Source of the DNA: an uncultured Candidatus Saccharibacteria bacterium
Lineage (GTDB): Bacteria; Patescibacteriota; Saccharimonadia; Saccharimonadales; SZUA-47
Length of the DNA: 43,803 nucleotides
Direction: 5' to 3'
Assembly: GCA_964536485.1 (NCBI GenBank)
Contig: CAZHXX010000009.1
Location: 1-43,803, forward strand
How positions within the stretch are numbered: position 1 is the first letter of the stretch; every line of letters starts with the position of its first letter. The position numbers and the translations under genes are program-made. This document shows, in pieces, positions 39,501-43,803 of the stretch. A model generated the notes under the pieces. That model was not told where the DNA came from. It saw only the letters and a list, made by a program, of their open reading frames with translations, and did no database searches.

Positions 39501-39921
39501 TGCGCGTTGGCAGACTAAATATCGCAGCATGCACGATATCTCGGATGGAGCAAGCCAACAAAATCCTAACGAAGATTGTGGAACTTCTTCGACGATGCCG
39601 GTGATGACAACATGGGGCCAGGAGACAAACTACGGCGATACGACTCTAGGAGATGTTGCCGCCTACACTGCCTATAACGGAAGTGGAGGCAATATAAATT
39701 GTGCACGCTACTTCTACTTTTACGTAAGTATCGATGCCTCTCGCACTTTCGGCTATCCAGAAGATGTTAATCGTGGTCCTACTATTGCCGACCTTTCGCT
39801 CTTCTTTACTTCTGACCCGTCAAAGCGTTTACGACACGGAAAAACATTTACCGGAGGTGAGCAACAACCTCTCGATACTCCATGTAGACAGAGTGTTGAC
39901 GCCCAATGTCCTCTCCCCTGA
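33514..39921 (+). CDS. 2135-aa membrane-anchored protein with a glycine-rich domain, about 17 Kelch-like blades and a C-terminal domain
   Basis: N-terminal basic region plus TM helix VVAFGLVIIILFSIF. Gly-rich domain at 34730-35605. Repeated (Y/F)xxx(L/I/V)Y(V/L/I)xGG blades from 35700 to 38720. Confidence 0.85.
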   Translation: MGVKIHKQLWGRVARKNIPKLSAQETERLKKYSTSDFLRTTLRMGYLTVLSFWRRHRLASRVVAFGLVIIILFSIFSDVYDKTRTIVSYDLTGSVAPLVDEPIPLYADKLVFNSEKEAYIYNQSYTPGGEVSGDSYAPKIEASFEGSPNYATTVTDPVNKVSITLTPTFGLKDPIKDSNRVVYPINGLGKGASKVYTLKASGVKEDIILREKPSKDSFDFKYDVSLSDGLEMRLEGDGSVGVYGVDPALLGNVTTGSEADAKLLDTARKNSKKTHFLFKIPAPFVVEKSMKNISPSVKAKFSVEGNTLTLHASGLKSGSYPLSIDPTIYVETARKLMRGNNETNIDFDVTNELIQKSQTTGARIDSWTTTTNLTSAVYGQGTAVAGGFIYSAGGIGSGTTATTTITSTGTFSVPAGVNYITVKAWGGGGGGGGGTGGTGSGGNGGGGGYAKGVIATTPGETLDITIGAGGAKAAANGRGGNGGSATYVKRSSTYLIEAGAGGGGGGRRGNSGGTTGSGGAGGGATGDAATAGSAGGAGQGGTQVGGGTAGTAGSGGAAGRAGVSQGGGGGSPIATSCTTVAASGDGTLGSGGGGGSYTSTCAPGGGGGGGYYGGGGGGSTSTNARTGGGGGGGSSYINPTGLVAGTDANNDGNGRTPGNSSDTDRAGYADGGSGATSAASASNGDQGVVVISYTATGSISSSVYWAQFNSSTNAIESPNPGTGACSGWCTNSAYNLPTALTNLTLVAYNGFLYAVGGQNSGGTPQTTVYIAKLGANGEPQLWHPTGGTPTYWYSDTALTAARSQFAAVAYNNRMYLFGGLTTSTTVLSSNTVQFADIKPNGTLTGFTASGLPQLSTTTSGNRYGLTAQVYNGYVYILGGDATFSGTPVANVDYAKLNSDGTMNAWVATDAMVSGRLTVGGSFSTIIGGYVYVNGGCSTVNASGYCTAIASDVLLTSINSDGSLANWNSISTLTNDRFAHTMIAWQGGLYRLGGCRSQDSLTGACLNTVLDVDYGVINPEGEASTVATSVTSGTSPCTGTPAPYGCSLPSTVGNMLNATAIINGFLYIMGGCTNNACTTFSSGVTYQAIGSDGTLQKPSSCAGTYSASYCVSYQSLPLALGAPGVTVFNNRIYIVGGFPSVSNIYYATVNYDGSLGNWQNNDTNTGTTMTADAVSYTFAYARANPASAGTNPGNMYIIGGCSGSITDIGCSGYSSAVYKCNITSTGTVTGCDTTGQLQIGTVTGNDGDPTAGGLGAFASAVYANYIYLMGGLSASAPSTTNGTDLTHVRYAKFDDSNNIVAVSGSDWVEGTNEMVTGRRRGSGFGYNGYLYVMGGYDGTDAIADIEFAKIDVSDGSWDAFDQSSVTIQKRWALTSAVSNSYAYVIGGCTAGPAPGGCTTRTSTIQTFQIYNNDSGTPVNYSAGANLFATDRMGAGSAIYNNYIYVAGGCISTTSDCSDATDNTQFAHLDAYGNIDTAWANTTDATLPGERAHGKLIEAGGTLYWIGGQNDAGTAQSDVYYAVPDNSTGNIASWATASNGLPAARSQFGAAEWNDRLYVVAGINSGGTVQNTVYYSPTLSSTSSGGNIGSAWTSSTAPDVARSGNAVVAYANNLYTFGGFDGTNYLNDAQFTQINSDGSVDPWTFTTALPSRLRQAEGFAANGYLYLVGGRTDDTTCASKTLVTPISANTTIVTGNNPTGVGEWFETNVKYSGRRYAGSVSYANGKYYTLGGVCSGFPSVKNRLVEEFSTAATSHPVDMPATVDAGDLLLVLFTNDMAAGGTTTTPAGWTSKASDAQNNAVRGGVYVKVADGTEDATTVDFVTSAAEEASAQVYRIPSGEWSGTTAGVEVSAVSGASTNAPNPASLNPGAWGTENTLWIAYTGASSYTSVTTYPTSFSGGVHNLSNTGTGGASTSSAWFESAVASVDPGAFAVANTTDSVAYTIGIRPSGYALTGSNRIIQTAVYSQPQVAMYSRMIDTDTDVFPTSWLLNGIDNSIGARWQTKYRSMHDISDGASQQNPNEDCGTSSTMPVMTTWGQETNYGDTTLGDVAAYTAYNGSGGNINCARYFYFYVSIDASRTFGYPEDVNRGPTIADLSLFFTSDPSKRLRHGKTFTGGEQQPLDTPCRQSVDAQCPLP
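34730..35605 (+). other. glycine-rich domain resembling the bacterial/ALK-type 'glycine rich protein' family
   Basis: It opens with FSVPAGVNYITVKAWGGGGGGGGG and GGGGGYAKG, continues through several poly-Gly runs and ends in GDQGVVVISY. The family assignment is from memory of the PF12810-like pattern. Confidence 0.45.
35700..38720 (+). other. array of about 17 Kelch-type beta-propeller blades
   Basis: Blade motifs include AYNGFLYAVGGQN, YNNRMYLFGG, VYNGYVYILGG, GYNGYLYVMGGYDG and AYANNLYTFGGFDG. Seventeen were counted by eye. Confidence 0.6.
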
Positions 39922-39927
39922 CACTAG

Positions 39928-40866
39928 TTATTTGTAAGAAGCAACATAGTCATAAGCAAGCTTTGAAAGCGCAGCGATTTTTCTACTTGTCTCAGGGTTA
40001 TCAGGGCCATCAAGCATAACGCAGATAACGTAGTTTCGCTTTGGTATATAAACAATGCCACAGTCACTCTGTACTTGATCAAAGTAGTTGCCTACCTTAT
40101 GGGCTACCGTAGTGGTACCGGATATACCGGCAGGAAGACGGTCCTTTATATGTGACTCTGCGAGCTTAGTAAGTATCTCCTGCGAGCTATCTTTATTTAG
40201 ATAACAACTAAAGTACAGACATTTTAGGAACGAGCTGTAAGCACGCGGAGTTAACGAAACGGTGTAGTCTTCGTTCTGGACAAACTCAGCATCCAAAAAG
40301 TTAAATACTCCATTTTCAGGCGACACCACTCCCTCAACCTGGCTTGTTACTACGTTGAGAGCGGTATTATCTGAATCTTTAAGCATAAGATCAAGCGCAT
40401 CGCCGAGACTTATTTGTGCTCCAGCTCCACGTTTGTAGAGCTCCCCAAAGTTTGAATCAAGCATCTCGTTTGTAATGGTGACTTGGGTGTCAAAAGAGAT
40501 AAGGGAGTTGTCTCTTGCATAATAAGCCTCCATTGCGAAAGGCAGTTTAATGAGTGAGGCAGCCACCCTCTTTTGGTCAGTCCCTATTCTTATCGAAGTT
40601 CCTGTTGGAAGATACTCAAAATAAAGAGATCCAGATAGACTGTTGGTAGTGAAGTAGTCGTTCAGCTGGGTACGTAAACGGCTAAAAGCCACGATTGGCT
40701 CGTTAGGGTCTTCTATAAATAGTCTTTTTGCAAGAAGAGGGTAGTGCGAGCTGTCTTGTCCCATGGATGTGATAGTTGATGGAGTGCCCTCTCGATGAGG
40801 TGACACAAAAATACCAACTAAAAAAGCAAAGCAGATAATTAAGAACAGAATTAGCTTTGTCTTCAT
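39928..40866 (-). CDS. secreted or anchored serine hydrolase of the class A beta-lactamase fold
   Basis: N-terminal hydrophobic signal or anchor. S-x-x-K (ASLIK), S-D-N (KDSDNTA) and a K-[TV]-G-like HKVG in the canonical order. Confidence 0.6.
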   Translation of the reverse strand: MKTKLILFLIICFAFLVGIFVSPHREGTPSTITSMGQDSSHYPLLAKRLFIEDPNEPIVAFSRLRTQLNDYFTTNSLSGSLYFEYLPTGTSIRIGTDQKRVAASLIKLPFAMEAYYARDNSLISFDTQVTITNEMLDSNFGELYKRGAGAQISLGDALDLMLKDSDNTALNVVTSQVEGVVSPENGVFNFLDAEFVQNEDYTVSLTPRAYSSFLKCLYFSCYLNKDSSQEILTKLAESHIKDRLPAGISGTTTVAHKVGNYFDQVQSDCGIVYIPKRNYVICVMLDGPDNPETSRKIAALSKLAYDYVASYK

Positions 40867-40975
40867 AAAACTAATTGTACATGCAAAAGGGAGGCTACAT
40901 ACCTGTAATTAGGTAAATAAAAGAGAGTATTTCTCCTCCAACTGGGGTAGAATAAAAGGGAAGAAGAGTAATAGT

Positions 40976-41788
40976 ATGAATAACGAAAGACGGAAAGCTC
41001 CAAGCTTGAATAGCGACTCTATCAGGCGTCGACTTGCGACAGCCCCTCCTGAACGTCGTTCAGACATTGGGCATATTTGGCGAAATCAAAAAAGAGTGGC
41101 ACCAGAGAAATGGGAGCTTGCACCAGATGAATCACCGCTCTTAGCTGAACTAAAAGAAATTATTTCTAAATCATTCGTCAAAATACGGAAATCTACTCTT
41201 CTTAGAAATCTTTTACAGAAAGCTTTGTACTACAAGCACGCGCTACGGAGTCAGATAGCCAGACAGCCTAAAAAATATGTCGCTATAGCCTTGGGTGCAT
41301 TTTTAATTACTCCATTAGCTCTTGCTATGATTAATCAAAACCATCATCACGAACAAAAAGATACTTTAGGTGCCAGTACGGATACCTCGTCGCTCCCAGA
41401 AGACGGTGCTACTGACGAAAAGCCTGTTTTTTCTATTCTCTACCCTTCAGGGAAACAGAATCTTGAAGCAGTGACGAGAAAAACACCGTCCGGCGAGCTC
41501 ATCCATACCTACCGCGACACAATAGACAGCGTCGAGATAGAGGTGACAGAGCAAGCACTTCCGTCATCATTTAAGGATACTCAAGCAAGTGAGCTCGAAA
41601 AAATGGCAAAAAACTTCCAGGCTACAAATGTAATACAGATTGATGAGATGAAGGTTTTTCATGGGCTAAATGAAAAAACACAAGTGCAATCGCTTTTCAC
41701 AATAAAGAACCAAGTGCTCATCTCTATTCGCTCAAGCGCCAAATTGAGTGATGATACATGGGCAGGCTATATCCTGGGCCTACAATAA
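40976..41788 (+). CDS. hypothetical single-pass membrane protein
   Basis: 270 aa. Basic N-terminal region, one TM helix (YVAIALGAFLITPLALAMI) and an extracytoplasmic C-terminal domain of about 140 aa. No motif recognised. Confidence 0.5.
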   Translation: MNNERRKAPSLNSDSIRRRLATAPPERRSDIGHIWRNQKRVAPEKWELAPDESPLLAELKEIISKSFVKIRKSTLLRNLLQKALYYKHALRSQIARQPKKYVAIALGAFLITPLALAMINQNHHHEQKDTLGASTDTSSLPEDGATDEKPVFSILYPSGKQNLEAVTRKTPSGELIHTYRDTIDSVEIEVTEQALPSSFKDTQASELEKMAKNFQATNVIQIDEMKVFHGLNEKTQVQSLFTIKNQVLISIRSSAKLSDDTWAGYILGLQ

Positions 41789-42047
41789 CTACACGCAAAA
41801 ACCTCTGTTAGTGACACTTTCGGTGTTTGAGACGAGCGGAATACCACTATAACCAGAATAAAACTGTGGATAACTGAATAGCTTTATAAACCAATGTTGT
41901 AATAAATATACTAGTATATCTCTCCATAGTAATTAAGTAACTACGTCTATTCTTTAGTGTTTTATATAATAATTACAACGATAACAATCTATTTATATTA
42001 ATTGACAAATATGATTTAAGTTGAATAAAAAAAGTACTCACATTCTA

Positions 42048-42076
42048 TTGACCTCTGTTAGCAATTACTGCAAAAT
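42048..42076 (+). promoter_or_regulatory. weak candidate promoter of the fibre paralog (TTGACC-17-CAAAAT)
   Basis: TTGACC 42048-42053, 17-nt spacer ending in TG, CAAAAT 42071-42076, in a ~370-bp AT-rich spacer. Confidence 0.3.
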
Positions 42077-42155
42077 AAAGCTTGTCTTTAGCAATACAAA
42101 AAAGACAAAACAAAAGTCATTCAAAGTTTTAGAGGCAAAAAGCCTTTAAGCAAGA

Positions 42156-43803
42156 ATGAAAATAAAAACAGGTAAAAAAATGCTACAAACGGGAAGGGAC
42201 GCCCGAAAAGAGCGATCCAGATATGCAACAGCGTATACCTCCACTCATTGCAGTGGAGCTCTGTACGCTGTTTTTCGTTTGTTCAAATTAGATAAAAGTG
42301 CACTGTTCTGCAAAGGGGTCGTGCTCGCATTGCTCTCTTTGCTCGTCCCGTTCAGTGTGCTTTTATCTAGTTTGAACGTACGTCTTGTCTCCGCCGCCAC
42401 CTCCAACACCCTCAACTTCCAAGGGCGTCTCCTTACCTCAACCGGTGGCTTAGTACCAGACGGTACCTACAACGTACAGTTCAATCTCTACTATGTAAGC
42501 TCAGGTGGTTCTAGCCAATGGACAGAAACAAGAACTAATCAGGGCGGTACTCCTGTTACTATCCAAAATGGTTACTACTCTGTCTATCTTGGAGAGGTCA
42601 CTGCCTTCCCATCAAACATAGACTGGTCAGAAGATCTCTATCTTGGTATGACAGTACGTGGCACTGGTTCATGTGCCTTCGGTTCTTGTACGCCAGCAGA
42701 TTCAGAAATGACTCCTCGCTTTAAACTCACTGCAGTGCCATATGCTCTCCGTGCATCAAACGTTGCATCAAGTAGCACTAATGCGGCTTCAACTAACTCA
42801 GATGGTATTAGTATCACCACAGGAAATGCTCTTGGAGCTACCAGCAACTCAGGCAGTATCACTATCGATGTGGGGAGTGCTACAGGAACAGCAGGAGGGA
42901 TAAGTTTGGGTGGAGCAAATGCTTCGTCGATAACCCTTGGAAGTGGAAGCGGAACTTTTGTACTTCAAACAAGTAACATAGACATATCCTCAGCTGGAGT
43001 TATAAGTGGCGCTACAGGAATAACGAGCTCAGGAACAATAACCTTTAGTGGTCTTAACTGTACGGGTAATGCCAATGGAGGTGCACTTACCGCTAACGCT
43101 TTCGGTGTTATTAGCTGTAGCGACGATGACAGTGGAAGTGGCGGAAGTTCTCTTTTCACTGATTCTGGTACATTTACTTACTTAACGGCAACTTCGGACG
43201 ATCTTGTTATTGGGGACTCAACCGTTGCTGGCGCAAGTCTATTTGTCGATGAATCTGCTGGTTCGACTACTTTCGGTAATACCTCACTGGCAGGCTCACT
43301 ACTTATCGCTGACGGAAGCTCGAACTTTGGCACTATAGTAACTACTTCGCTTTCGTCTGACAGAACATATACATTGCCAGATGCAACCGGAACAATATGT
43401 TTGAGCAGTGGTAACTGTGTCGGCTCAGGTGGGGCAGGTGACATATTAAACAACGGCCAAAACGGCACAGTACGCATTGGTTCAAACGATGCTAACTCAA
43501 CCATACTAGAAAGCAATAATATAGACAGATTGACTATCGACAGCTCTGGCAACAGCACATTTTCTGGCGCTATTACCGCAAATGCTGGCCTCAGCGTCGC
43601 TGCAGCTCAGACCATCACCATTGGTGGTGATGCCATCGATGAGTTTGTTGGTACAGGACTTACTCTCGTCTCTGGTGATCTCCAGACTACCCTGGGTACT
43701 AGTGTTGATCTTACCAGTGAAGTTACTGGCACCTTGCCAGCAAACGCTGGTGGCACTGGCCAAAGCACGACGACGGTTGGTGACCTCCTTGTTGGTGCAG
43801 CTG
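42156..43803 (+). CDS. fibre or adhesin paralog of the giant ORF, 3'-truncated by the window end
   Basis: The frame is open from ATG 42156 (alternative ATG at 42180) to the last base. It is absent from the supplied track, presumably because no stop is reached. Hydrophobic segment VVLALLSLLVPFSVLL, then the same VSAATSNTLNFQGRL module. It diverges after 42912 into a different T/S/G-rich repeat region. Confidence 0.8.
   Translation, partial: MKIKTGKKMLQTGRDARKERSRYATAYTSTHCSGALYAVFRLFKLDKSALFCKGVVLALLSLLVPFSVLLSSLNVRLVSAATSNTLNFQGRLLTSTGGLVPDGTYNVQFNLYYVSSGGSSQWTETRTNQGGTPVTIQNGYYSVYLGEVTAFPSNIDWSEDLYLGMTVRGTGSCAFGSCTPADSEMTPRFKLTAVPYALRASNVASSSTNAASTNSDGISITTGNALGATSNSGSITIDVGSATGTAGGISLGGANASSITLGSGSGTFVLQTSNIDISSAGVISGATGITSSGTITFSGLNCTGNANGGALTANAFGVISCSDDDSGSGGSSLFTDSGTFTYLTATSDDLVIGDSTVAGASLFVDESAGSTTFGNTSLAGSLLIADGSSNFGTIVTTSLSSDRTYTLPDATGTICLSSGNCVGSGGAGDILNNGQNGTVRIGSNDANSTILESNNIDRLTIDSSGNSTFSGAITANAGLSVAAAQTITIGGDAIDEFVGTGLTLVSGDLQTTLGTSVDLTSEVTGTLPANAGGTGQSTTTVGDLLVGAA
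42227..42276 (+). terminator. terminator-like hairpin plus T5 inside the 5' end of the paralog ORF
   Basis: Outer stem aacagcgta / tacgctgtt and inner stem ctccact / agtggag, followed by tttttcgtttgtt. Confidence 0.45.

Noticed and set aside
41865-41873. oriC, on the basis of a perfect DnaA box in an AT-rich spacer
   Set aside because: There is a single box only. A given 9-mer is expected about 0.3 times by chance in 44 kb counting both strands. No dnaA or dnaN lies adjacent and no cluster of degenerate boxes was seen.
42638-42862. A 74-aa minus-strand ORF almost identical to part of 23708-24247 (-), possibly a conserved antisense gene
   Set aside because: The identity simply reflects the duplicated or converted 268-bp tract of the + strand fibre genes. 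Both are shadow ORFs.
22977-43803. A prophage or tail-fibre module
   Set aside because: The fibre-like head motif is reminiscent of tail fibres. However, there are no terminase, capsid, portal, tape-measure, baseplate, lysis or integrase genes, and no att-like flanking repeats were seen.

Overview
Gene-dense bacterial chromosome segment with short intergenic regions and several overlapping start/stop codons. No homology search was possible, so all product calls come from motifs read in the supplied translations. By inference only, the gene set fits a small-genome Patescibacteria/CPR organism, possibly Saccharibacteria-like: type-2 IleRS behind a T-box, class II RNR with NrdR, priA-def-fmt, and giant surface proteins. 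Positions 1-22.9 kb are ordinary housekeeping genes: a KGG stress protein behind a long structured leader, an HExxH protein, a ROK kinase, rpsA, infB, a P/Q-tailed protein, fmt, def, priA, a wHTH regulator, rpsU, yqeY-like, adk, map, ftsA, ftsZ, nrdR, nrdJ, a Cys-less thioredoxin-fold ORF, T-box-ileS and rplU. Positions 22.9-43.8 kb are an accessory surface-protein island. It holds a 3447-aa T/S/A/G/N-rich repeat fibre ORF, a 2135-aa membrane-anchored ORF with a glycine-rich domain and about 17 Kelch-like blades, a convergent beta-lactamase-fold serine hydrolase, and a single-pass membrane protein. After an AT-rich spacer comes a second fibre gene, truncated by the window end, that shares a recombined N-terminal module with the giant ORF. 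The most unusual signal is in the first ~100 codons of the giant ORF. Three stem-loops sit exactly 72 nt apart, with covarying stems and an invariant ATGCGCCC apical loop. The paralog carries an unrelated terminator-like hairpin at the equivalent place. No rRNA, tRNA, CRISPR array, transposase, integrase or phage structural gene was seen.
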